Assembly (NCBI GenBank): GCA_963787835.1
Contig: CAWBEI010000002.1
Coordinates: forward strand, 384,001 to 448,000
DNA: 64,000 nucleotides
Direction of reading: 5' to 3'
Origin: Ignavibacteriota bacterium
Lineage (GTDB): Bacteria > Bacteroidota > Ignavibacteria > Palsa-1295
Position 1 is the first letter of the stretch. Each line of letters opens with the position of its first letter. The notes under the pieces were generated by a model. That model saw only the letters and a program-made list of their open reading frames with translations, was not told the DNA's origin and did not search any database. Below, in pieces: positions 11,568 to 20,853 of this stretch. The translations under genes and the position numbers were made by a program.

Positions 11568-11897
11568 ATGGACGCGTACCAATTCGGCGATGTTGTCCTT
11601 GTAGATTTTCCGTTCTCAGACCGAAACGCCGAGAAGAGGCGCCCCGGATTGGTGCTCACGCAGGATTTGCACGGTGATCTGCTTATTGCACGTATCACGA
11701 GCAAAAACCTGGAACTTCCAACAGACATCACACTCGCGGATTGGAAACTCGCCGGCCTCAATATTCCATCAAACGTCAGATTGCTTAAATTGGCGACTAC
11801 TCATACGGCTTATGTATTGCGGAGATTGGGAAAGGCATCCGAAAACGACCGGCAAACGGCAATTAACGCGCTTCGGAAATTTCTCGATTCACTTTAG
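11568..11897 (+). CDS. PemK/MazF family endoribonuclease toxin
   Basis: GDVVLVDFPFSD...KRRPGLVL...ITS...WKLAGL..PS.VR. Confidence 0.92.
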   Translation: MDAYQFGDVVLVDFPFSDRNAEKRRPGLVLTQDLHGDLLIARITSKNLELPTDITLADWKLAGLNIPSNVRLLKLATTHTAYVLRRLGKASENDRQTAINALRKFLDSL

Positions 11898-11966
11898 AAG
11901 CAAATGATCAAGTCATTCAGCCGATTGGGATGATCTGCCGGGGTGGTAATTTATAAGAATGCCATA

Positions 11967-13235
11967 ATGAAGCTATTCTCTCTCTCTATTTTGAAACATG
12001 CAGCACTTATTGGGATGCTTTTTTGCCTCGCACCTAACGCACGGGCACAGCAAACCCAGCAAACCGATAGTATTGTTACTTCGCCGTGGGTTCAGGCCAG
12101 CACACCCAATCCGGGGGCAGCCGGTGCAAATTACCTCTCGCCTGATACCTGTTGGGGAGGCGATAATTTTAGCGCTCTTATTTCCACCGATGGTGGGATG
12201 AATTGGAGGAGTACCCCACATGGCGGCATTATGCGAAATGCACATGAAGGTTACGAATTCACTTCGTCCTGGATATACAAAACGATGGACGCATGGCAAA
12301 CATGGGATAGTGTTCCAACTCCGAATTCACATCTGGGTGCAGTTGTCATCGTTGATTCATTACACGTTTTCGCGAGTGGTCAGTACATTACTCGCACGAC
12401 CGATGGTGGAAAATCCTGGACCGTCTCTAACCCTGTAATCGGCACTGGCTCCATCGGTTTTGCGAATTTGATGGTTGGCTATGCCGTCGGTGGAAAAATT
12501 CAAGGACCCTTGCCAAGTCAAATCGGCATGGGTTGTCTCAAAACAGTCGATGGAGGCAATACTTGGAATCAAATTTATACCGGTATTCCAGGAGACGCCT
12601 ATGGGATAGCCGTGATCGATCCACTAAATGTGATCCTTGTCGGCGATGAGCTAATCTACCGAACAACTGATGGTGGAAATTCTTGGAATCAAATTACGTG
12701 GAACAATCCAACTCCAGGTGAGACCGGCCTTCTGGGAATATGTCTTCAAAATGGAATTGGTTATATTTCGGGCGCAACAGGGGGTGGGAATCCGGTCGGA
12801 CTTATCCTACGAAGCACGGATACTGGAAAAACATGGTCTTCTGAGCCATCCGGTGTGAATACACTATTATATGATCCTGAGATGTATGATGATTCAATAG
12901 CTACAGTTGGCGGGGATAGCGGAATATTCATTCGCAATGGGAATCTGGCCAGTATTTCATCGCCTTTAGTAGATTCCCTATCCATGCTGATTTTCCCAAA
13001 TCCTTCGCAATCGTTGGTGACACTTTCATATAACCTTCCCTCTCCACAAACAGTAACGCTTACAATTTGTGATGTTAATGGGAATATTGTTGGGACCCCG
13101 CTGAATGCGGCACCGCAGAATGCTGGGAGTCAATTATTCTCAATTAGCACTGCAAGGTTTGTTCCTGGAACGTATTATTACCAGCTCACCACAGGATTGC
13201 ATTCGGTTAACGGATCATTCGTCATCATCAAGTAG
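11967..13235 (+). CDS. T9SS cargo, BNR/Asp-box (YCF48-like) beta-propeller
   Basis: Signal peptide; repeated T.DGG..W; CTD IFPNPS...GTYYY; lower GC. Confidence 0.88.
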   Translation: MKLFSLSILKHAALIGMLFCLAPNARAQQTQQTDSIVTSPWVQASTPNPGAAGANYLSPDTCWGGDNFSALISTDGGMNWRSTPHGGIMRNAHEGYEFTSSWIYKTMDAWQTWDSVPTPNSHLGAVVIVDSLHVFASGQYITRTTDGGKSWTVSNPVIGTGSIGFANLMVGYAVGGKIQGPLPSQIGMGCLKTVDGGNTWNQIYTGIPGDAYGIAVIDPLNVILVGDELIYRTTDGGNSWNQITWNNPTPGETGLLGICLQNGIGYISGATGGGNPVGLILRSTDTGKTWSSEPSGVNTLLYDPEMYDDSIATVGGDSGIFIRNGNLASISSPLVDSLSMLIFPNPSQSLVTLSYNLPSPQTVTLTICDVNGNIVGTPLNAAPQNAGSQLFSISTARFVPGTYYYQLTTGLHSVNGSFVIIK

Positions 13236-13257
13236 GTCCTCAAATCCCCAATAACAA

Positions 13258-15525
13258 TCACATCGTCCCCAACGACGCTGTAACACCCCGCAAAATCCCC
13301 GTCGCCTTCTCCACGGCGCGAATCAGCTCTATGGTTGCGGCATTTGCCTGAGCGGCGTTCTTGGTGCGCAGCGCAATGCTCAGCGCGGGAAGTTCCAGAT
13401 CGGCATAGCCATTATCGGGGTCGGCAAGGACGAGAAGATTGCGTTCCCATTTATCGAAATAGAGTCCCTCGGGCGCCGTGAAGGCAAACCCCACATTTCG
13501 TAACTGCTGATTTACCGCATCTAACTGAGGCGCATTTTCCAGTAATTTCGAACCCTCGGAGAGTCCCTTGTTGTCCCGCGCTTCCGCAAATTGTTTGCTT
13601 GCTGTTATAAAGGTATCGATCGCGTGTTCGAGCGGCGCGAATCCGGAAGAATCGTGTACATGGGTCATCGCGAGAACCCTGGCGTGATGCACGGCGCCCC
13701 GCAGCCACTGCCCCAGCGCAGTGAAATCGAACGGAAGCACATCGGCATTCGCAAGGCGCATGGCCTCGACCGCTGCGAATTGCGAACACGCTGCGTGATA
13801 CCGAAAACTGGAATCGCCATAGTGCATCGTCCAGCCAATGTTATCGTGATTGGAATGATATTGCCCGAAGGGTCCGCCAAAACCATGCTCCAGCGATGGA
13901 ATTCCGAGATGATTGTAGAACGCGGAGAAATCGCTGCCGCCGCCGAGCAATCCGATCTCCGGCGGAACATCCTTCCCGTCCGTTTTTGGAGCATGCTCCA
14001 TCCATTTATCATAGACGGGGTTCCCGCTTCCATCCGGCACGGACTTACTTACCTCATACACCAGCGACCGAAGCGATGGATCGGCTCCCGCCGAGAACGA
14101 TGTTCCTGTCGCGCATTCATCCTGATTGATGTAGGCGATCGCCTTTGCGCCAAGCTCTTTCTCTAATTGCTCGACCCATTCCGTCGAGCCAAGCAAGCCC
14201 CATTCTTCGGCATCCCAGGTAACGAACAGTACCGATCGTTTCGGGCGAATACCCTCCGACTGCAGTTTTGCGAATGCTTCTGCCGCTGCGACTGAACTTG
14301 CACATCCCGAAGCATTATCTTCCGTTCCGTAGCACCATGCGTCGCGATGACCGCCGATGATGACCCACTCATCCGGCCACGTGGAACCCTTGACCATCGC
14401 AACGGTATTCCAGATCGATTTTAACCCCGTATCACACTCGACGTTCAGCTTCACCCGAACTGGCGAGTCATCTGCGGCCTCAACATGGTACCGAAATGCA
14501 AGCCCGCCCTGCCATGCGGCATTCGGAATATCATGTCCGTGCATCTGGCTTAGAATTTCCTGCGCGATACCATAGGAGATCGGGATAACGGGAATTTTCG
14601 GCGTGGGGTACATGGAGTCCGAAGGAACCCGACGCGCACCGGGAACCGAGGCGTAGCCAGGGGTGGTCGGGTCGCCGTGGCCATTATAGATGCTTCCGCG
14701 CTGCACGCCTCCGCTGGAACGCATCGGCCCGACGGGATAGACGTCGCCCTCATCGTAGCCATCGCCGGAGGGATCGGAATAAATGATAAGACCCGCCGCA
14801 CCGTGCAGCTCCGCAAGCTGCGCCTTGATGCCTCGGTAACTTTTTCCATACCGCGCGATCGCGATCTTGCCCTGCACGCTGATATGCAGGCTGTCGAGGA
14901 TATGATAATCCTCATGAAGCCCATAGTTCACATAAACCACATCACCCGACACCGTTCCGGAAGAAGAATAGCCATTGACCCACGGATACTCTTTACTGTT
15001 GGGATCGAATGCCGTTTTATCTTCGCGCAGATCGAAGGTTTTCTTTACCGGAGCTAGCATCTCCAGCGAAGAACTTTTCGCAAGCGGTATATCTACCTCA
15101 TACGGATAGATGTTCGTGGAAAGGCCTGCCTTCTTCCATCGGTCGATCACATAATCGCGCGTGCGGATCTGCGCGGGCGTGCCGGCAACATGCACCTCTT
15201 TGCTGATCGCGGTAACGATTGCACGGAGCGTATCGGGCTTTATCTCATCGATGAGTTTCTTTTCAATAGCACGCTCTTCGCGCGCGTTCGATGGGCTGAA
15301 GCCCGTCATTTGAGCAGCGGAAATTGTGGGGAAAATCGGAGCAACAACCCCAAGAATCACGAATGTCATTGCGAGGAGTCCCGGAGGGACGACGAAGCAA
15401 TCTCGGTTCGTGAGTGAGAGATTGCGTCGTCGAACGAATCCAGCATCGTGGGCGATGCGTCCTCCGGTCGATTCGCTCTCCTCGCAATGACGAAAAGAAA
15501 AATTAGTCCGAATCGATAATATCAC
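13258..15525 (-). CDS. M28 peptidase, glutamate carboxypeptidase II/transferrin-receptor-like (PA + M28 + dimerisation domains); start uncertain
   Basis: VYVNYG, IARYGKSYRGIK, GVQRGS, GGHRDAW, DNASG, WDAEEWGLLGSTEW, GGGSDF. Confidence 0.92.
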   Translation of the reverse strand: MILSIRTNFSFRHCEESESTGGRIAHDAGFVRRRNLSLTNRDCFVVPPGLLAMTFVILGVVAPIFPTISAAQMTGFSPSNAREERAIEKKLIDEIKPDTLRAIVTAISKEVHVAGTPAQIRTRDYVIDRWKKAGLSTNIYPYEVDIPLAKSSSLEMLAPVKKTFDLREDKTAFDPNSKEYPWVNGYSSSGTVSGDVVYVNYGLHEDYHILDSLHISVQGKIAIARYGKSYRGIKAQLAELHGAAGLIIYSDPSGDGYDEGDVYPVGPMRSSGGVQRGSIYNGHGDPTTPGYASVPGARRVPSDSMYPTPKIPVIPISYGIAQEILSQMHGHDIPNAAWQGGLAFRYHVEAADDSPVRVKLNVECDTGLKSIWNTVAMVKGSTWPDEWVIIGGHRDAWCYGTEDNASGCASSVAAAEAFAKLQSEGIRPKRSVLFVTWDAEEWGLLGSTEWVEQLEKELGAKAIAYINQDECATGTSFSAGADPSLRSLVYEVSKSVPDGSGNPVYDKWMEHAPKTDGKDVPPEIGLLGGGSDFSAFYNHLGIPSLEHGFGGPFGQYHSNHDNIGWTMHYGDSSFRYHAACSQFAAVEAMRLANADVLPFDFTALGQWLRGAVHHARVLAMTHVHDSSGFAPLEHAIDTFITASKQFAEARDNKGLSEGSKLLENAPQLDAVNQQLRNVGFAFTAPEGLYFDKWERNLLVLADPDNGYADLELPALSIALRTKNAAQANAATIELIRAVEKATGILRGVTASLGTM
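15364..15492. repeat. GTCATTGCGAGG REP-like element, frame-preserving within M28 peptidase signal region, with nested hairpin
   Basis: Same termini as 6578..6706; translated as RHCEE...LLAMT. Confidence 0.8.
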
Positions 15526-15532
15526 TAAAAAA

Positions 15533-16279
15533 CTATTTGATCTTAATAAGCTTCGAGGAATGATATTTGGTATTGGCCTGAAGATCGGTCACTTCAAGGC
15601 GCAGGACATAGCTGCCTTTATCCAATTTTTTTCCGACGTCGGATTTTTCATCGAAGGCCGTCTCGTAATAGCCGGGAGTTTTCATGGCCTCGAACGGGAA
15701 ATTTCGCACCGTTTTGCCCATCATGTTTTCGAGCGTAAGCTTAACGGTCCCGCGCGTCTTGAGGCCGAACTGGAACGTCCATTTGTGCTTCTTATACTTA
15801 ACATCCGTGATGCTCGTCTCTTTCGGGATGGGTACGATCTCGGGCGGAGCCACACCGCGAGCCGAAACCTTGAGCGGAACGGTATCGCCCTGGAAAATGG
15901 CGAGAATTTTAGTCTCGTATGGCCTGACCTCATCGGCCTTGAAGCACAGGTTCAGATAAAAGGTGGTGTTCGAGCCGATGGTAAGCGGCATCATCTCCTT
16001 CGTCGGGGAAGTGACGTAAAAATGCTTGGGATCGAGGGAGCGCAGTTCGGTTAGGAGGCGGGGATGGTCGGTGGTGTTATCGATGGCCACGTTCACGCAA
16101 TTCTCGATGCCCGTGCTTTGCGGTGCAAACGAAAGCTCACTGCGCTCGAACGCCAGCGAGCCGCCATCATGGCCAAGCTCCATAGGCGCCTGAGCGTGCT
16201 CGAACTGAGCAAATGAAGGAACAGAGATAAATGCTAACGAGATAGCGACGAACGTTCGGAACATAGGCTTCAAAATCAT
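15533..16279 (-). CDS. Secreted hypothetical protein (Ig-like domain + FlgD/CTD-like C-terminus)
   Basis: Signal peptide ..SFAQ; C-terminal NMMGKTVR...GKKLDKGSYVLRL. Confidence 0.75.
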   Translation of the reverse strand: MILKPMFRTFVAISLAFISVPSFAQFEHAQAPMELGHDGGSLAFERSELSFAPQSTGIENCVNVAIDNTTDHPRLLTELRSLDPKHFYVTSPTKEMMPLTIGSNTTFYLNLCFKADEVRPYETKILAIFQGDTVPLKVSARGVAPPEIVPIPKETSITDVKYKKHKWTFQFGLKTRGTVKLTLENMMGKTVRNFPFEAMKTPGYYETAFDEKSDVGKKLDKGSYVLRLEVTDLQANTKYHSSKLIKIK

Positions 16280-16325
16280 GCCGAGGTAAACGATGAGGGC
16301 GGGCGCTCGGTTCGGGCACTCTGCC

Positions 16326-17081
16326 TCACTTCTGAATTAGGATTTTGAAGAATTGCCCGGAAAGATTTGCATAGATCACCCCATTCGGCTGGTTCGAGAC
16401 ATCAACGGTTAGCAGCCCATCGGATGATACAATTGGTAACTTAATTCGTCTGCCTAACGGATCGTAAAATGAAATGCTGTCGGATGACGGGACTCCCTGG
16501 ACAAAGAATTCAGAAGTACAAGGTTGAGGCCATGAATCGATAGAGGGACTTGTTAAGTGGGAATTTACACCTTCATAAAAAAGCGGTCGCCCCCCAAAGT
16601 TAGCACCAATAAAACTATTAATTTCGGGTAGGAGAGATAGATAATACTTGCCAGTATCGGTATTCGTATAATTTTCAAAATTTACATACCAGTTTTTTGC
16701 AGTAACAGTGTCGCCTGGTGTGACAAGTTGCATTGTAAACGGCCCCAATCTCTGTTCGATTGAATCAAATCCAGCTCGAATCCCAGCGTAAGCAGTATCG
16801 ATATCCTTCCAAGTCCGCACACTCGAATCGTCCATCGTATCAGGTACAATAAAATAGAGAAAACCAACAACGAATTCATTTTTTGCGAATTCAGCATATT
16901 GTTGGGTACCAGGGCACATATCAACCTTTACGCTATCAGGGTTAAACCAAACCACTCCCTGCGGCTTTAAAGGTGAATCTTGCCAAGGTACAAGGCACGA
17001 GGAATCGACTTGCTGCGCCCCGGCATGATCTGTCATGGCAAGAATCAGTAGAGCTGAGAAAAAAACGATTCGTTTCAGCAT
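16326..17081 (-). CDS. Low-GC T9SS cargo hypothetical protein
   Basis: Signal peptide ..AGAQ; CTD-like WPQPC...YDPLGR...NGVIY...KILIQK. Confidence 0.75.
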   Translation of the reverse strand: MLKRIVFFSALLILAMTDHAGAQQVDSSCLVPWQDSPLKPQGVVWFNPDSVKVDMCPGTQQYAEFAKNEFVVGFLYFIVPDTMDDSSVRTWKDIDTAYAGIRAGFDSIEQRLGPFTMQLVTPGDTVTAKNWYVNFENYTNTDTGKYYLSLLPEINSFIGANFGGRPLFYEGVNSHLTSPSIDSWPQPCTSEFFVQGVPSSDSISFYDPLGRRIKLPIVSSDGLLTVDVSNQPNGVIYANLSGQFFKILIQK

Positions 17082-17206
17082 TATTTCCCCACATCTGAAA
17101 AATAGCAGAAATCTATGAAATGGGAACACTCAAACAGCGAAATAATGCCATAAAGAGCGTCCGACACGCGGGATGCCCAAGAGGGCGGGCATCCCGCGGC
17201 GGACAA

Positions 17207-17293
17207 AGCATCGTTGCCGATGCTTTTTAGCATCATTGCCAATGCTTTTAGCATCGCTGCCGATACTTCCAGCATCGTGACCGGCTGTAGCAT
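17207..17293. repeat. ~21-bp degenerate tandem repeat (AGCATCGYTGCCGATGCTTTT-like, about 4 units)
   Basis: agcatcgttgccgatgcttttt agcatcattgccaatgctttt agcatcgctgccgatacttcc agcatcgtgaccggctgt. Confidence 0.7.
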
Positions 17294-17577
17294 ATCGGCC
17301 TCGATGCGCGCTCATTGTGTTGGTTTTTTGCCCGCGCAAGGTCACTCGTCATCTACATCCGGAGGAGAGATGTTTGGAGCATTGCTCGCGAGGCAAACCT
17401 TGCATGATCGCTCATGCTAGATGATTTTCATCTATGATGACGGTTCATCTCTTGCCAGCGGCGTATCGTTTGACCAAAACGTTACGCGCCGGATACATTA
17501 GAAAGAACTTGCCTCGGGGAGTTTTGTTACAGGTCAGCTCGTACATTTTTCGTAAAAAATCTTTACAAAACTACAAT

Positions 17578-17715
17578 TGTCATCCTGAGCGGAGTTTTCC
17601 GTAGCGGAGCGAAGAAAAACGGAGTCCAAGGATCTTTGGTAGGGCACGAGATTCTTCGACTCCGCAAAAGGTTGTCCGCTGGGGCGGACTACCTTTTGCT
17701 CCGCTCAGAATGACA
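17578..17715. repeat. TGTCATCCTGAGCG...CGCTCAGAATGACA REP-like element
   Basis: Terminal inverted repeats and internal hairpins. Confidence 0.8.
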
Positions 17716-17728
17716 GGCTAATCTGATA

Positions 17729-18769
17729 ATGAATCCAAAAAAACGAAATAATATCCTTACGGGGCTCTTGGGTGCTATCGCGCTATTGGCTTGCTTTGTT
17801 GGTTGTAATAAAGAAAAGGAACCTGCCCCCGAACCGGAAAAGCCTGCGGCCTCGACGATCCCGGCCATACCACCGCTGCCTGTTCCCGGCTTCAATGCCG
17901 ATCATGCCTTTGCCGATATGAAAACCCAGGTGTCATTTGGCCCGAGGGTTCCGAATACCGCAGCTCACGAAAAAGCGGTGCACTGGCTCTACGACCAGCT
18001 TTCGCAATGCTGTTCTAACGTCGATATCCAGCCCTTCGCGGATTCCGGCTACGGCGAAACGCTGCATCTCACGAACGTTATAGCCTCATTCAATCCTTCG
18101 GCAACGTGGCGCGTGCTCATTCTCACCCATTTCGATTCCCGCCCATGGGCCGATGAGGATCCCGATTCGACCAAGCATGGAAAGCCGGTTCCCGCCGCGA
18201 ACGATGGCGGTTCGGGCGTTGGCGTGATGATGGAACTCGCGCGGCAAATGAAAGACCATCCGCCGCCCATCGGGGTCGATCTGTTCTTCGACGATGGCGA
18301 AGATTACGGCAAAGATAAGATCGATGGCGATGCCCACTTTTTCCTCGGTGTTAAATATTTCCTGAGCGTAAAACAAGCAAATTACGCTCCTCGATTTGCG
18401 ATATTGCTCGATATGGTGGGCGATACGAATGCTTATTTCATTCCCGAATCAACTTCGGAGCAAGCAGCTTCCGTGTATGTCAATGAAATTTGGAGCACGG
18501 CTAACAGACTGGGCCTCAGCCATTTCCATACCGACCGGCAAACCGCGATCGATGACGATCACATCCCGCTCATTAAAGCGGGCATTCCTTCCGTGGATAT
18601 TATTGATGGCGATCTGGTCGGCCATCAATCCTCGGACCCGAACCGGAAATATTGGCACACGGTCGATGATCTTCCGAAACATATTTCCCGCGAGACCATG
18701 GATGAAGTGGGACGACTGCTGCTCACGTTGATCTATCAGCAACTGCCGCAAGACGTTCCCAATCTGTAA
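17729..18769 (+). CDS. M28 family peptidase / glutaminyl cyclase-like lipoprotein
   Basis: Lipobox FVGC; FGPRVPNT, HFDSRPWAD, ANDGGSGVGV, DGEDYG, LLDMVG, DDHIP, YWHT. Confidence 0.88.
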   Translation: MNPKKRNNILTGLLGAIALLACFVGCNKEKEPAPEPEKPAASTIPAIPPLPVPGFNADHAFADMKTQVSFGPRVPNTAAHEKAVHWLYDQLSQCCSNVDIQPFADSGYGETLHLTNVIASFNPSATWRVLILTHFDSRPWADEDPDSTKHGKPVPAANDGGSGVGVMMELARQMKDHPPPIGVDLFFDDGEDYGKDKIDGDAHFFLGVKYFLSVKQANYAPRFAILLDMVGDTNAYFIPESTSEQAASVYVNEIWSTANRLGLSHFHTDRQTAIDDDHIPLIKAGIPSVDIIDGDLVGHQSSDPNRKYWHTVDDLPKHISRETMDEVGRLLLTLIYQQLPQDVPNL

Positions 18770-18785
18770 TGCGCTTATCTCTGCA

Positions 18786-18913
18786 TGTCATTGCGAGGAG
18801 AATGAATCGACCGAAGGGAGATTCATTCGACGAAACAATCTCAAACGTGCAGCCGAGAGATTGCTTCGTTGGAATCACTCCGCTTCGCTCCGTGATTCCT
18901 CCTCGCAATGACA
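18786..18913. repeat. GTCATTGCGAGG REP-like element
   Basis: Third copy of the family. Confidence 0.85.
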
Positions 18914-18931
18914 CAATGGCCGATAAATAGG

Positions 18932-19795
18932 ATGAACGAGAAATACGCATCTCTCCTTTTCAATGTCAGCACGAAGGAGTTGCCATCCCTCGAAGGATTT
19001 TTTCTAACCCACACTTCTTTTGCGGGTTCGCAGGAGAACGATGATGGCTCGATCACTTTTTTCGTTCCTTCGGAAGATTGGAATGCCGAACTTCATTCGC
19101 TGATCAACGAATTCTGCGGCGCACATCCTGAACTGGAGTTTATCGGCGCGGAGATCATCGAAGACCGCGACTGGAATGCCGAATGGGAAGCCACCATCGA
19201 CCCCATGCAGGCAACGCCCGAACTTGTCATCACTCCTTCGTGGAAGATGGATGATGCGAAAGCGTTGGGATCCAAATATATCATCACCATCGATCCTAAA
19301 ATGAGCTTCGGCACCGGTCATCATGAAACGACGCGGCTGTGCCTTGCAGCATCTGAAACGCTTGATATGACTGGCCGCTCGGTGCTCGATATTGGAACGG
19401 GTTCCGGCGTGCTTGCCATCTATGCGCTGCTGCGCGGCGCAACTCATGCGATCGGCATAGATACCGATTCCTGGGCTATCGCTAACACGCTGGAGAATCG
19501 GGAGCTTAATGCACTGTCCGATCAACAATTCGAAGTGCGTCAGGGAACCCTCGATGTTGTGCGTGAAGGCGAGATGTTCGATGTGATCTTCGCTAACATT
19601 CACCGGAATGTGCTCTTAGAGGTCGCGAAGCAGATCCGAAGCCATGCAGCAACCGGCGCGCATGTGATTCTTTCCGGCATTCTTGTTTATGATGCTGCTG
19701 AAATACGCGCGGCATACGAAAAAGCGAATTTTACGATCGTGCGCGAATTGCAGGAAAATGAATGGACGTGCCTCATCTTCCGATCATGCGAGTAG
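18932..19795 (+). CDS. prmA: Ribosomal protein L11 methyltransferase
   Basis: DWNAEW, IDPKMSFGTGHHETTRLC, VLDIGTGSGVLAI, ANI, ILSGIL. Confidence 0.95.
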   Translation: MNEKYASLLFNVSTKELPSLEGFFLTHTSFAGSQENDDGSITFFVPSEDWNAELHSLINEFCGAHPELEFIGAEIIEDRDWNAEWEATIDPMQATPELVITPSWKMDDAKALGSKYIITIDPKMSFGTGHHETTRLCLAASETLDMTGRSVLDIGTGSGVLAIYALLRGATHAIGIDTDSWAIANTLENRELNALSDQQFEVRQGTLDVVREGEMFDVIFANIHRNVLLEVAKQIRSHAATGAHVILSGILVYDAAEIRAAYEKANFTIVRELQENEWTCLIFRSCE

Positions 19796-20772
19796 CCGCA
19801 TTAGATATTGGCACCAACACGGTCCTACTCCTCATTGCAGATGTGGATGGAGAAAAATTCCGCGTTATTCGTGATGTCCACGCGATAGCCCGGATTGGCG
19901 AAGGCGTCGATCGAACACACCACATTAGTGAGGCCGCATGTGCACGATTTCTCGCTATTCTCCGTGAGCATCAAAAGACGATTGCAGAGTTCCATTGCGA
20001 CCGTATCATTGCCGCAGCAACCAGCGCCATGCGCGATGCCGATAACCGCGAGGATATCATCCGGCGAACAAAAGAAGATACCGGGATCGACATTACGATA
20101 CTGAGCGGCGAGGACGAAGCTCGCCTGACGTATCGTGGTGCGGTCGTTGGAATGACCACCCCCCAACGCATGATCGATCATGCGTTACCCTCTCCTTCTA
20201 TAGGAGGGGGAGCAGTAAGTAATATTACTGTAGTTGACATCGGCGGCGGAAGCACCGAAATTTCCGTCGGGACGGGCGATGCATTCGAGCGCGGGATAAG
20301 TCTCGATATTGGCGCGGTGAGGCTTACGGAACGATTTTTTGCAACGACCCCAATTACATCTGATGCGATTCGTGAAGCACGACAGGCTATTCGCCAATCG
20401 CTTAACCACCCCCCAGCCCCCTCCTATTCCGCTTCGCTGCATAGGAGGGGGAGTATGCTTATAGCCGTCGCTGGTACACCGACTACGTTAGCTGCTCTGC
20501 ATCAGGAACTTCCTGCATTCGATGCAGCGAAAGTGCATGGCTACGTATTGCATCGGCAAGCGATCCAGGAAATGCTGGATATGCTTTTCAGTGTGAGTAC
20601 GGAGGAACTTCTTCAAAGATACCCGGCCGTTAATAAATCCCGTGCCGATATTTTACCGGCGGGCACACTTATCCTTGCAGAAGTGATGGATCACCTCGAA
20701 GCCGAGCAAATTACGGTGAGTACGCAGGGGTTGAGGTATGGGATAATATCAGAACCGGGATTACGCGGATGA
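19786..20772 (+). CDS. ppx: Ppx/GppA phosphatase (short form) with two in-frame palindrome insertions
   Basis: LDIGTNT, ATSAMRDA.N, LSGEDEA, DIGGGSTE, GAVRLTE, RADIL, GLRYG. Confidence 0.92.
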   Translation: MRVAALDIGTNTVLLLIADVDGEKFRVIRDVHAIARIGEGVDRTHHISEAACARFLAILREHQKTIAEFHCDRIIAAATSAMRDADNREDIIRRTKEDTGIDITILSGEDEARLTYRGAVVGMTTPQRMIDHALPSPSIGGGAVSNITVVDIGGGSTEISVGTGDAFERGISLDIGAVRLTERFFATTPITSDAIREARQAIRQSLNHPPAPSYSASLHRRGSMLIAVAGTPTTLAALHQELPAFDAAKVHGYVLHRQAIQEMLDMLFSVSTEELLQRYPAVNKSRADILPAGTLILAEVMDHLEAEQITVSTQGLRYGIISEPGLRG

Positions 20773-20846
20773 CGGGAAAGATTAGGCGGATAGATCGATG
20801 CACCATCCGCGTCATCCTTCCCCATCCGCGTAATCCAGGTTCAGAT
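20750..20846. repeat. GAACCGGGATT...AATCCAGGTTCAGA inverted repeat with 9-nt periodic GGAT units
   Basis: Half copies also at 33045..33079, 42941..42987 and 45214..45255. Confidence 0.75.
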
Positions 20847-20853
20847 AATCCCT

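Larger units (their letters stand above)
11222..11952 (+). repeat. ~45-bp imperfect direct repeat (11222..11267 and 11909..11952) flanking the TA module
   Basis: caagtcattcagcc(c)gattggga(c/t)gatctgcc(a/g)ggg(a/t)ggtaa; first copy is the 3' end of the upstream gene. Confidence 0.85.

Noticed and set aside
17207-17293. CRISPR-like array
   Set aside because: Units are contiguous with no spacers; no cas genes
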